NCBI RefSeq assembly: GCF_009914755.1
Contig: NC_060926.1
Source of the DNA: the human T2T-CHM13v2.0 reference genome, Homo sapiens
Length of the DNA: 64,000 nt
Reading direction: 5' to 3' (one strand)
Below are positions 16,081 through 29,007 of this stretch, piece by piece (the first letter of the stretch is position 1; each line of letters opens with the position of its first letter). The position numbers and the translations under genes are program-made. The notes under the pieces are model-generated. The model saw only the letters and a list, made by a program, of their open reading frames with translations. It did not search any database and was not told the DNA's origin.

Positions 16081-16117
<37 letters not shown>
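16081..16117. repeat. (CA)n microsatellite
   Basis: About 18 uninterrupted AC units. Confidence 0.95.
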
Positions 16118-16119
<2 letters not shown>

Positions 16120-18336
16120 TAGAAAAAAAATAAGAAGAAAGGAGTAAAAATATATCAGGAATCACAGTATTTGTAAATGTATTAAACATAGATAAAAGAC
16201 AACTTTTTGAAAATCCATTGATGTATTGTTTACCTGATACACTCCTAAAACATAATGACATGGAAAGTTTGGAAGTAAAGGACAATATATATAACCAACA
16301 AAGGATCAGTATTCATCATATATAAAAATCTCCTACAAATTAGTAAGACAAAAATAAAATACCCAAAAGAAAATACGGGCAAAGAATGGAGAAGAAAGCT
16401 GAAAGACTGCCAAACATATATAAAGGCGTTTAATCTCACTAGTAATCAGGGAAATGAAATAAAGCAAAGAGATACCATTTTACAGTCATCACATTAACAA
16501 AAGAATTATAAGGCTAACAACATCAGATTTATTGGCAACAATATGGGGAAATGGGGTTTATTATACACTGTTGACAAAAGTGTAACTTGGTAAAACTATT
16601 AGGTAGGGCAATGTAATACTATCTAGTAAAACTGAATACATGCAAACATATTATTACCACACATTAGAGAAACTCTTATGTGCATACACAAGAAGATACC
16701 CATAAGGATGTTTACAGGAAAAAATTGGAAGCAACATAAAAAAGCCAGTTTTAAAAATATATATATAGTATATGTTACATTTATATATATATGCCATATA
16801 TTATATATACATATGATTCTTATATATACATATCTACCATATATATACATATACCATATACATACACACACGCACACACCTTAAACCTGCTCATGTAGTT
16901 ATTAAGTACATACTTATAAGTACGAGTTTTAACATATACCCCAAAAGCATACCTACCAACTCTTCACCTTTAGGACAGTGATTACCTTCAGGAAGAAAGT
17001 GAAGGTAATCTAAAGTAAGGAAGGTGACAGGGCTTTAATGAAATCTTTCCTTTAAAAAAAAATGTGTTAAATATGGCAAAATGTAACAATTGTTAAATTT
17101 GGGTAGTAACTACACAGGCATCTAATATATCTGTACCTTTATGTTTAAATGTTTTAAAATTAAAAATTTTAACTATAGTAACTAACATGAAGTAGTCACA
17201 AAGACCTAACAATCACCACAGCAACAGTATTTTCTGTTTAGTTACTTTAAATAAAAAACCAAGTAAAGTGTTCAAAAGAATAACATTTTTGAAAAGTCAT
17301 GACATGCCTAAGGTGAAGCATTTACAGAAATGTCAATGTGACCATGATTATACAACCAAGGTTTTCTACTTCCTTAGAAAAGAAATTAATGGTTAACTCA
17401 ATATATTGCACTTAGTAATGTTAAGAGAGTTCCATAAAACATACTGTTCTCTTTCACTCAGCTAAACCTAAATTAGAATCAGTCAGCTTTGAAATTTCAT
17501 GACTTTGGGGGCCTAGAATTCACCACCTCCACAATGTATTAGCATTATTTTCCCATCTGAGCCCTCTTGGGCAGCAGCAGTAATAATCTGTGGTGTGTGT
17601 TAGAGGTTAGGACTGAACCTTCCTTGAGTTCCCAGGAAAATCACCCCCTCTCCCTTCAGTGTGGGGTTTGTCAAACTCACAGAGCTTCCTCCAGCTGTGG
17701 AGGCTGATTTCCCAATGTACTTCATGATCTGGTTAAGCGCTTTCATCAGGTGCTGAAAGACTAACACGGGCTTTAATCTCCAAGGCTTGAAGTCACCAGA
17801 ATGGCCAGTCACAGGCAGTGAGGAAGCCAGGCTAGGAGACCAGCAGAAACAGAGCCTCTCAGCCCTCATACCCTTTAACTAATATTTCAGGGACAGCTCA
17901 GGGGCAGACAGAAATTGCTCCAGACAGGGTGGTGAGTTGGGCCCTGCTATTTGGGTAAAATCATAGGGAAGTGATGAGCCTGAGATGAGTTAATCGTAAA
18001 GTGTGTGTGAGAGACATTTTAAGGGTCAATTTAAAATTTGGCAATGAGATGACTTTAAAATCAGCTTTAGGACTGGGCCATCATTTTGATGGGGCCATCT
18101 TGTTCATCAGCATTCAAAGAACACACAGCTGCTATGGTTTAACTGTGCCCTCTTTTCCTATAAATGAGTTAAATCAACAACCTGATGACTAGCAGGGTAA
18201 AATGTGGCAGAGAGATGTTCCTTACATCCCAGTCCTACTTCACCTTCAACACCCAGATCAAATTCCCTTCTCTTGTTGAGGCCATTCTCCTTGGACTTTG
18301 TCTTCTTTAATGGACTCCACCATGTACCAGAAGCAG

Positions 18337-18575
18337 AGTAGAAAGAGTTTTCATGGTTTTGTGGCTGCACAGATCTAGATCTGAACTCCAATCTCCATTT
18401 ACTCACTATAGGATCTCAGGCATTTGATTTAACCTCTCTAGGCTTCCATTTCCTCATCTGAAAATTGGGGAAATAATAATACCTATCTCACAGACGTGTT
18501 GTGAGGATGAAATGAGATACGGAGTCGAACTGTTTAGTCCAAAGCCTGGCCTGGAGTAATGCTATTAGCCACTGT
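18337..18575 (+). mobile_element. MIR SINE
   Basis: MIR core (tttaacctctct..ttcctcatctgaaaattgggg..aataatacctatctcacag..gttgtgaggatgaaatgaga). Confidence 0.8.
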
Positions 18576-19127
18576 TGTTACTGACATTCTTCCTGTTTTT
18601 TTTTTCATTATTTTTCCTTATCCTTCAGATTTCTATTCTGAGTTGAATGTGGTTATTTCGAGCTTAGACAAAAGCTTTTACATTTTATTCCCTACTGGTA
18701 TTGATTTAAAATATGCTTTATTTCCAATGAAATAGCTTTTCTTGAATTTTTGTTAGACACGCGGTGCCTCATATTTTCTCAAACATCATTAAGAACAGAA
18801 ACATCCTAAAAATTGAAGTCAAGTACATGCAGAAGTCAAGGGTTTTTCAGTCTTAAGGCCCTCTGTTGACCAGGCCACTAGAGGCACTGATGACCTTTGC
18901 TGGCTGTTCAGAGTTTTCTGTTGACTCTGAGGCTCTGGTGTTGGCTTAAGGTCAGCCATTAGAAAACAGTGAATTTACGCTTTGGTCACACTGTGGGAGT
19001 CAGGCTCGTGATAAGAAAGGCCACCAGAAAAGCCAGGGAAGTTGTAAGTAAAGTTCTTTTCATTTGGATGTTGCCAGAAAAAACAGGCTGAGAACAAAGA
19101 CCATTATTAAAAAATAATAAAATAGTG

Positions 19128-19440
<313 letters not shown>

Positions 19441-20183
19441 AATAAGTGGCCATCAATAGGAGAATGGATAAATTGCTGTAATGTCATATAACAGATCACT
19501 ATATGGTAATCTGATGAATTAGACCTATGCCTAACAATAATTTGATATCATTGCATATATAATATTAAATTTTTGAAAACAAAGTTGTAAAGGAAGGTAG
19601 AGTGGGATAGTATTAAGGTAAAATTTTTAAGCAGAAGAACCAAAACTATTTTTTTATCATCTATACTTCAACTTATAAAACACTTGAACCAGAAGTATAC
19701 TTCCCAAATTTAGGGTTATGTTTACTTATCTGGGGAGAAAGGGAAGGAAATGAGATTGGATAAATCTTCAACTGTACATGGATTAATTTTAATGTTTTCA
19801 AATTAATATTAAGTCTGGTAGAAAAGAACATGTTAAATTTTTCTGAATACTTTGTAATATATATTAAATATTTTATAGTTTTAAAAACATGATAAAAAAT
19901 ATGAACCAGAAAAAAATAAAATAAAGTAAGTCATTACTCATCTTCGAGCATTAACAAACTTAGCACATAGTAGGTGCTTAATAATCACTTACTGCATGAT
20001 AAGTATGACACTTCTTATGTGGCGTTTCCATTTACCTGGAGACAGACCCTTTCTGGAATGGCTGACAATAGTCAAGTCCTCCTTACTCAAACCCCTACAA
20101 AAGCCTATAAATAAATGTTCACGCAATTTGAAACTTGTTATTTTCTTAACTTTAATCATTGTCCAAAGAGAAATTCCTGGTTT

Positions 20184-20213
20184 CTCTCTCTCTATATATA
20201 TATAGAGAGAGAG
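20184..20213. repeat. Perfect 30-bp palindrome made of (CT)n-(TA)6-(GA)n
   Basis: CTCTCTCTC-TATATATATATA-GAGAGAGAG is its own reverse complement. Confidence 0.9.
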
Positions 20214-23200
20214 TGTGTATATAATTCTGGTAAAAAATAAATTTCGTCAATCAAGAAATTTTCCTCAGGCAAATTTCAACTTTATAAAGATTCCAGATGT
20301 CAATGCCTTGTGGGTCCTGGAAAATATGTCATTGTTTTGTATTTCTAAATCTCATACACAATTATTAAAACTTTTACAACATAACCACATCTCCTGAGAC
20401 TGGAAACAGGAGCTTGCAGTCCTTTGCAAGGATTAGGGGATGCTGCAATCCTCCCCAGGGCCTCAGCATGGGTCAGCCTCCACTACACCAACCCTCGGGG
20501 GAAGGTATCTGTGCAAACATTCAGCTGCCACCCCTCTGCCTGGCCCTGCCTAGAACAGCAGTGCATTTTGACAGAATTGTGGAGGGAAACACCCTCCAAA
20601 AAAGAGCAAAACAAACACCGTAGGGTTGTAGCATTTGTCCTAGGGATATCATTCTTGCTTATAATTATAATATAGTACTTTGAAACCTAATACTAATCTC
20701 TTTTTTTCTTTTCTGTATACATGGCCTTTTTCATAGTGCACACTCCCGTCTATCTGCTGGGGAATGGGAGTTAGAGTAGGAAATTAGAATTCTTTCAATA
20801 GCAATTATGAGTCCCTAATAAGGCAATGTGAGGAAAAATAAAGATTTTAGATATGTTTATACTGTCATTAACACAAAAAAACCTAGGTCTGGACTTGAAC
20901 ACGGAGATTGCTAGAAACCAGAGAGAACTCAGGATAGGATATAAGGGAAATTCACATAAGACAGAGAGAAAAAGTACAAAGAGGGTCTCCTCTTTTAATT
21001 ATGAGAGTAAGAGGGCAGGAGAAATGGTGCAAGAGGCAGGCCAAGGTCTGCGGTGACCACCCACCCTTGGGGGTGAAAATAAAGGAGGAGGGTGCTATCC
21101 CTATCCAACTAGGCATAGGCCAGCCTGAGAACACTGCAGCCAGAGGCCTGCATCCTTCGAGGCAGCCTAAGAAAGGTTGTGATTCTCTAGGAGAATTTCC
21201 ATATTCAGCTTAGGCCTGCATCCAAGATGGTGAGGGGGAGGGCCAGCATAATGCTCCCTTAGGGCCAGATGGGGCCAGCTGCATCTCAGTGAGCGCATTC
21301 AAGGACCCATAGACTACACCTAAGTAGCCACAGGTCCCTTATGAGAAAACAGCGGACAATGCCTGAGCTGCATCATCACATAGAGCCAAGGGATAATACA
21401 AGGAAATGAGCACATGGATCCAGGAGCCCTTCTCTTGCTCCTTGCTCATCCCCACCATTCCATTTTGTACGTGTCACCTCAGATGGGAGCAGTGGGCACA
21501 AGGAAGAAATTGGATGAACGCGTATCTAAAAGAAAATAAATCATCTAAATGAGACTATTTAAACCAAAGACAGAGATGCTGTTAATTGGCAAGTTTAAAA
21601 ACACTGTCCTCTGCTCTATCTTCCAGGAGGGTGCGTATACTGAGAAAGACTGGATAGCTAATAGAAAATACTGTACATTTTCTTTGCACGTATATGTAAT
21701 AATGTTAAACTATAACACATCTATACCATAAAAAATTGTACACTCTTAATAGCTCCCCTTTTATACAAAGGTTTTGAGGCACCTATAACCTATGTATTGG
21801 AAAATAAACACTCAAGGAAAGATCAAAAGATCTTTAATTAGTTTTAGTTATTTGTCACGAAGGAGAGAATGCTGAATTTACACTTAGTATATGTGTTTTA
21901 ACATACAGAAGGTTAGTATGAGGAGTGTGGTAACTTGCGTTTTCTTTATTCATGGAATGTCAATATTTTTGTGGAAGAAAAGAAGCAAGAACTGTCTTTT
22001 TCATGCCTTTATCTTCAGCACTTCCTAGACTTCCTGGAGCATGGTGTATGCTCAGTTAATATTTATTGAATGAATAAATGAAAATATAAACTGCTTAGCC
22101 TCAGAATGGATAGCTTAGGACATTTTTGGAGCTCTCTCAAGCCATTGCTGGTGCTATGGGCTGAATGGAAGAGCCAGGGAATCTGATGTGGCAGGAGGAA
22201 AGGGCTCTTGGTTACCCCATCCCCACTCTGAGACCCGCCAAAGAAGGAGGAGATGTGAGGACTTTGCTGTGCGTTGACACCCCTACTCCCATAGGCTGTG
22301 AGGCTAGTGTGTGTGTGCATGTGTAAGGGGCAGTGTCTTCTGGGAAGGGGTGCCTGCTGCAGCCTCAGGTGAACCAATACAACCTTTGCTGATACCCCAT
22401 GGAGAGACATCTAAGAATTGAGACTCTGGTCCCAGGGCTAGTCTAGCAGGCAGGGAAAGAGCACAAAAGCATGGTCTCAGGGAGGCCTAAATGCTATCCA
22501 GTTGTACATCAAGACTGTGCTTTCTTTTTCTAATATTAGAGGTTCAGGGACAAAATTAAGCCAGATAGAAAACTGTAATGGAATTGAGAATGTAATAGTG
22601 CCAGCATCATAAAGGAAGACGGTAGGAAGTGAAGTGTTTTGTCTCAGGCAAGACACCATGGAGCATGGATTTGGCAGATCTGATGCAAGACCCTCCTGAT
22701 CACAAGGCTGGACTGAGTCATGGGCTGTGCCTGGCACACAGCCTTTGTTTGCAAATTACCCAGTGGCCGGGTCTGAGTTTGCCTTGTGCACTCCTGTGTG
22801 CATAATTTTTAAAAACGAAACCTTTTCCCCTGCTCTTCAGGTGACTGGCCTTTTGCAATACAGTCAATCAAAAAGCATTGCTGAGAAACAACCTACCATA
22901 AGAGCAGGATCGAGTCTTGAGAAGATTGAAAGGTGGGGAGAATAATTTAAGACTGCCCAGAAGGCATTAACTAGTATTCTACTTTCATCAACTTTTATAG
23001 ATTCCACAAGATTATTCTGAACTTCATCCAAATGACAATTACTTGCCTAAATGTCTGACCGAGTTGTTACATGGGGTCCATAAATCTTAGATGGCATTAC
23101 CTGGCACTGTTAGTGATCAAGATCACTGGTTGACTGAATCTGCACCGGAAACAGACATGTTAATCAACCTAGTTAATTCACTGTGGTAATTAATTACTGA

Positions 23201-24239
23201 ACACTTATCTAATTAGCTAACATTTTTACCTCTCAAAGCCAGAGGTAAATGCCAGATTGAAATTGGTGGTTCTCCTCATTATACCTTAAAAATAAAATTG
23301 AGAGATATGGCATGGAATATCAAATAAAGGTGTGCTGGTGCCAGCAGTAGTGAGTGAGTATGTTGAGTCTCAAAATTGCCAGTGGTTCCTGGGAAGGAGC
23401 AGCAGGTAGACCAGCCTGAGATGAGTCAGGAGGTAAGAGACAGATGTATACAAGCTATCAACAAGAACTACTGTTCTAAGTTACAAAGGCAACACACATG
23501 TTAAAGACTATTTTGCCTCATAGTCATCATTACCTTTTCCAGGATAAGTGTCCTCAGGAATTTTTTGCTATCTGGGCACAGTTGCAAACGTCTAGTTGGT
23601 GGTAACAGTGGCAAGATTTAGGCTACATGGATTCCCCAATATAGAGTCCCCTATTCTTTTTCCTTCCTATTCTGTAAACTTTGCTGTCTGACCAAGATGG
23701 ACCAAAGGAGGCCAGTGGGGCATTCAAAGAATTTGCCAAGAATGACTGTCACCAGGAAGAGGAGCATCTTCTAACATGGAGAACTCAGTTAGGATATGAG
23801 CACTTGATTCTTGACTGTGATGCACATTCTTGGAAAGAAATCCAAGCATATTAGGAGGTGTCTTGTATTTGCTGCTGTTTGGCATTTATAGACATTTTAG
23901 GTTCTGATTTGCCTGAAAGCCATGAGACTACGTTCTTGAAGCTCTCACCAGCATAGAACTTCAGCTGATTGCTATGGGAGTGAAGAGAAAAAAGATCAGG
24001 ATGAAGTTGTCTAGTTTTCTAGATTTTTCTGTCCCAAAAGTGAAAAGTGAGAAGCATTAGTGAAAGTAGTGAATTCATGCCTTTCTTGGCAGAGACTCCG
24101 TTTTCTGAAAATACTATGCTGTATTATTATTCCATGTGGATTAACCCCTGGTTCAATAAATTTTACCAATGGCCTACAGTTTAACTAAAGAAAGAGGCCC
24201 TGGGAAATAAGTTTTGTTTAATTATCAGTTCTTCTGTGT

Positions 24240-24690
24240 GAACTGGAATGAGCAAAGTTCAGATAAAGGGACATTCTGAGGTCCAGACTTTGGATGCTTC
24301 CCTAACTTGTGATGACAAAGAATGAAAACAAGTTGGCGAGGGGCTGGATGGAGATGGGGAACTGAAATGTTTGAGAACTGAAAGTTCTCGTATGTACTGG
24401 ACACAGTTTTGAGAAGACCTGGTAGGTGTGTTATAGAAACCAAAAGAGGACTCGTATCCATATACAGTTGTCTCAAAGCAAATAAGCCTGTTTGCAACAT
24501 CAAACCTGTGTTGGGATCAAGGACAGATGTAAGGGAAAGTTCTCACCAATAGTTAACAAGCTAACCAACCTGGTCAAAGAGCTAGGATGCCACACCTTCA
24601 AAGGGGGCCTATCTTCTTGAGGAAGTGCTGCTCTGAGAGCTGGGCTGTGGTATAAAAGTCATGTCAGGGAGGACATCTTTTATTTGATAG
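24240..24690 (+). promoter_or_regulatory. Proximal UPP2 promoter: TATA box with CCAAT and nuclear-receptor-like motifs
   Basis: TATAAAAG at 24651-24658, about 220 nt upstream of the ATG. CCAAT at 24546-24550. HNF4-like TGAGCAAAGTTCA at 24249-24261 and TGGTCAAAGAGCT at 24571-24583. TCAAGGACA at 24517-24525. No CpG island. Confidence 0.7.
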
Positions 24691-24874
24691 GAAAATTTAA
24701 AATGCTAAAGGAAAAATTTTCTTAGCAATTTCACAGGAAAACCTAAGTTTTAAGAGAGGTTATCATTCTGACTGGGAACTGAACTATTATGACTAGGTCT
24801 ATAATTTAATAACAAGTCACAATATCTCTCTTTCTTGACATCAATTTAAGGTGACTTTTCACATAGTAGAGAGA

Positions 24875-24936
24875 ATGGCTTCAGTTATACCTGCCTCCAA
24901 TAGGTCCATGAGATCTGACAGGAATACATATGTTGG
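24875..24936 (+). CDS. UPP2: UPP2 coding exon 1 (MASVIPASNRSMRSDRNTYVG)
   Basis: ATG in strong Kozak context (agaATGG); donor GG|gtgagt at 24937; 62 nt, ends in phase 2. Confidence 0.96.
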
Positions 24937-26269
24937 GTGAGTAATTTTGATTTTGTAAATTTGTTTTGATCAGATGGTTGCTCCTTGGATTTTGTATTAA
25001 ATGATTAGATAATGGGCCTCTACAGTTAAGCAAATTTCTTAAATGTAGAGATTATATCACTGGATGCAGCTCATAAAGCAATAAAAACAGTGGAAAATGT
25101 ATTTTCAATGACATTTTTACTCCTTGGTTTTGGGGGTTAGGGTTTGGCTCATCTAAGAAAATGGGGCAAAATAAATTATAAAAAACATGCAAAAGTTTAG
25201 CCAACCTTCAGTAGTAAACAAATTCAAGGTTCAGCCTGGGACTCACTATAGAGTTCAGCCCTTAATTCTAAGACCATGGGCTGCAAATGAGAAATAATTA
25301 AAAGGGCCTCCCAGTGCCTGAGGGAGGTTTAATTGTATTGCAGGATATTGTGGAGTGATTTCATATGCTTCATGATGGACCTTACATAGAATTTACTTCT
25401 GAAATACCGTCTATGTGATTCATCTCATGGGTAGATATAAAATTGCTGAAGCTGTCTACAAATTTAGCTCCAGTTCCTGCCCCAGGTTAACAGAACACAA
25501 CAGAGCATTAATCATCATGAGGCATAAGGAGATTTTGCTGGTTCCCTCTGATTTCCTGAGAGTTGTGTGAAATGTCTTGCTTAGAGCCTCCATTATGTCA
25601 GCATTTCAGAAAACACTCCATTTGCCCATCCCAAACAGAGGTAGCCTCCTGCATGTTCCCTTCTTCAGGGAAGCCCAGGAGAAAAAGAAAAGGAAAAATT
25701 ATGAAGATGAAGGTAATGGCAAATGGAAAGACTTCTGCTCAGCCAGCACTTTCTTTTGGTTACCAATATTTAATACTCATCATGTAGTGTAATTTGTCAC
25801 GATTTACTAAAAAGACTATTCTATGTGTTAGGAAAAGGAAGAAGAGTTTGAAGATTCAACAACACATATAAACCTATTTAGTAAAAATTATATATTTTGG
25901 AAAAATCAAATATTCCAAAAACTACATTCATATTGGGTAGAAATTTGGCATGAAATCCCAAACAAGTTTTTTCTTTGGTACTGATAAAGTGATCATCTTA
26001 GAAGTGCTTCTGGATGAGCCCAATGAAACAAGAAACTTCTATAGACAGTCCCCCAAATTTTCTGACGGAGAAATCATTAGACGTTGGGACAGGGCATCAA
26101 GGAAAACTAATCCTAATGAATTAATAGTATTATAATTAATATAAGTGAAAATAATTAATGGCTCTGCTGGTTGGAGAATTTCTCCTTGAAGATAGGAAGT
26201 GTGTGTATAGATGAGTGATTTTAAAAACACCAAAGCCCAGGTCTCCTTGACCAAGTCAATCCAAATTTC

Positions 26270-26655
26270 TAGAGATAGGGTCTAGGGATAAGTACTCTTT
26301 AAAGTGCCCCTGGTGGTTCTGATATGTAGCTGGAGTTTGGAATCACTAGGGTAGAGCAATGAGACTCTTTTATAGAGTAATGATTCATAGATTCAGTTAG
26401 GAATCCAAAGGAATATTTCCAGGTCGTGAAAGTAGTCTTGGCAGAGTGAAACAGAAAGTGTAATAGAATTTGGAAGAAAAAGTTTATGGCAGTGTTTGTC
26501 AAACTTTAATGTGCATGTGAATCACACAGAGTTTGTTAAAATGCAGATTTTGATTCAGCAGGTATGGGGTAGAATCTAAGACTTTGCATTCCTAATGAGC
26601 TCCCCAGATGTTCCTGATGCTGCTGGTTCACTGACCACACACTGTATAACAAGGG
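26270..26655. mobile_element. Two MER5-type hAT-Charlie MITE fragments (about 26270-26350 and 26489-26655)
   Basis: MER5 phrases (cagtgtttgtcaaactttaatgtgcatgtgaatcac..tgttaaaatgcagattttgattcagcaggtatggggt..ctccccagatg..gatgctgctgg). Confidence 0.7.
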
Positions 26656-27450
26656 ACTAGGGATAAATTCTTGCCTCACAAGAGAAGAAAGGAAATGTCC
26701 CTTTGCTTTGAGATTTTGAAGCTTGTTCTGTAGTAGTAATGTGTACTAACACCACGGAATACTTTATTTTTGAAACTAGGTACGTATGACCCAGTAACTA
26801 ATTAAAAATCTATAACTCTAGATGTTTTTGAGAAGGAAATTAATAGTATTTTGTTCCACTTTCTGAACAGTTAAATTTAATTCAACAATAGAATTTGTTA
26901 AAACTTAGGGATTCAAGAAGGATATTTGAGATAGCTTGCATCAGGGGATTCGCAGTCTTTCTAGAGGGATGGAAACTTAACTATATTGCAATGTGAAATG
27001 CTATCTACCAGCATTAGCATGAAACAAATGCTTTGGGAACACAGTGAGAAAAAAATTAATACTGATCAAGGAGAGAAGATGCTTGGAAAAGCCTTCACGG
27101 AAGAGGTAATATTTGAATTGGACCATAAAGGAAAATTGGAATTTGATAGGTGAAAAGTGGAAGAAAGGGGGAAGGATGTTTGAAGGACAAAGGCCTGAAG
27201 CAGGGGTTCTCAACTTTGGCTTCACCAAAGATCATTTGAGATTTTAAAAATACTTAAAATCTTTAGATTTAAAATACAGAGTGTCTAAATTAATTAGTGC
27301 CTGGTCACCAGTGTTTTTTTGTTTTTGTTTTTGTTTTTAAAGCTCCCTGGTAATTTTAATGCAAACCCAAGTGAGAATCGATAAAGATATAGAAAGACAC
27401 AAGGCCTGGTAAAATGTTTTGAGGTGTATGGAATGAAAGCCATGTGGAAA

Positions 27451-27730
<280 letters not shown>

Positions 27731-27839
27731 GGGAAGGGAAGGGAAGGGAAGGGAAGGGAAGGGAAGGGAAGGGAAGGGAAGGGAAGGGAAGAGAAGGGAA
27801 GGGAAGGGAGGGGAGGGGAGGGGAGGGGAGGGGAGGGGG
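27731..27839 (+). repeat. (GGGAA)n then (GGGAG)n polypurine pentamer array
   Basis: 12 perfect GGGAA units, then GAGAA and two more GGGAA, then about 6 GGGAG. Confidence 0.95.
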
Positions 27840-28212
27840 CAGGCATGTGGAGAGAAATGGAGGAACAAAGAACAAAGAAGTCTCAGACAGTTCTTGGCAA
27901 AGACGTCTTGACCCACTGTGGTGTGGGGGTAGATAACTTTTATCACTAACAACTCTAGTGGCATATGATTACTATCCAAATAACCGAAAGCTACAAATGA
28001 TATGCTTCATAAATATGAACTAGATTGAATTAAGGTCATTCTTATAGCCGTCATCAGCTCACTGTCTTGAATTTCGTGGTATTTCACAAAGAAAAGGGAG
28101 GAAGGATTGGTGTTCTAGCTAGCACTGCCGTGATGGGGGTTTGAGCCAGGGGCATGGCCAGTGGGGTAGAAAGAAAGTGGTGTGTTCAGCATGGTTGGTG
28201 GAGTCCTCAATG

Positions 28213-28380
28213 GCAGCGCTATTCAAAGTGTTGTCCATAGACCATCAACATCAGGACCAATGAGGAGCTTGCTAGAAATGCAAATTCGGACACACATCAG
28301 CAACTCACTGAATCAGAATTTCCAGAAGAAGAGTCCATGAAGTGTCCGGCTGATTGTTATGCATGCTACACTTTGAGAAG
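28213..28380. mobile_element. MER5A-like MITE
   Basis: cagcgctattcaaagtgttgtcc..gagcttgctagaaatgcaaatt..actgaatcagaa..ctttgagaa. Confidence 0.7.
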
Positions 28381-28569
28381 ATAAAATAAAATACAAATAA
28401 CTTACTCAAGGTTGCACAATTAGGATATATATGGTTGAACTTGTACTGGAACCCAGGCAATCTGAATCCAGAGCCCAGTAGTTTATATTCCACAGCCTCC
28501 CATGCAAGGAAATTAGATGACCGTTACAGTCAGAACTGAATAGAAATGGCTGTTTTGTAATTTACTGGT

Positions 28570-28770
28570 TGTTAATCTTGCACAAGTTTCTCAACTTCTG
28601 TAAGCCTTGGCTTCTTTGTAAACTAAATTATTAATCTTACCCAGCTAAGAGGGCAGTTATGGGACAAATGAGTTAATGCATTTGTTATATGCAGTTTTCT
28701 TGCCATTTTCATGCTCAGTGCTATGCTTGGCACATAGTGTGGGCAAATATTAGCCATAATTACTGTTATA
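28570..28770 (+). mobile_element. MIR SINE
   Basis: aatcttgcacaagtttctcaacttctgtaagccttggcttctttgtaaa...tgcttggcacatagtg. Confidence 0.6.
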
Positions 28771-28889
28771 CTACATTGCTTCTCAACAAATAATTTAACC
28801 CTAAAGGAAGGTTTATGTTCAGACTTTCTTTCTTGTGAGCTTTCTCTCAAAATTCTTTTATATCTTCTTTGTATAATTTTTTTTTCCAG

Positions 28890-29007
28890 AAAAAGGTTTG
28901 TTCACGTTAAAAATCCTTACTTGGATTTGATGGATGAAGACATTCTCTATCACTTGGATTTGGGAACAAAAACACACAACCTACCAGCAATGTTTGGAGA
29001 TGTAAAG
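28890..29007 (+). CDS. UPP2: UPP2 coding exon 2 (KRFVHVKNPYLDLMDEDILYHLDLGTKTHNLPAMFGDVK)
   Basis: Poly-T tract plus ccag| acceptor; donor AAG|gtaaaa; 118 nt, restores frame after exon 1. Confidence 0.97.
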
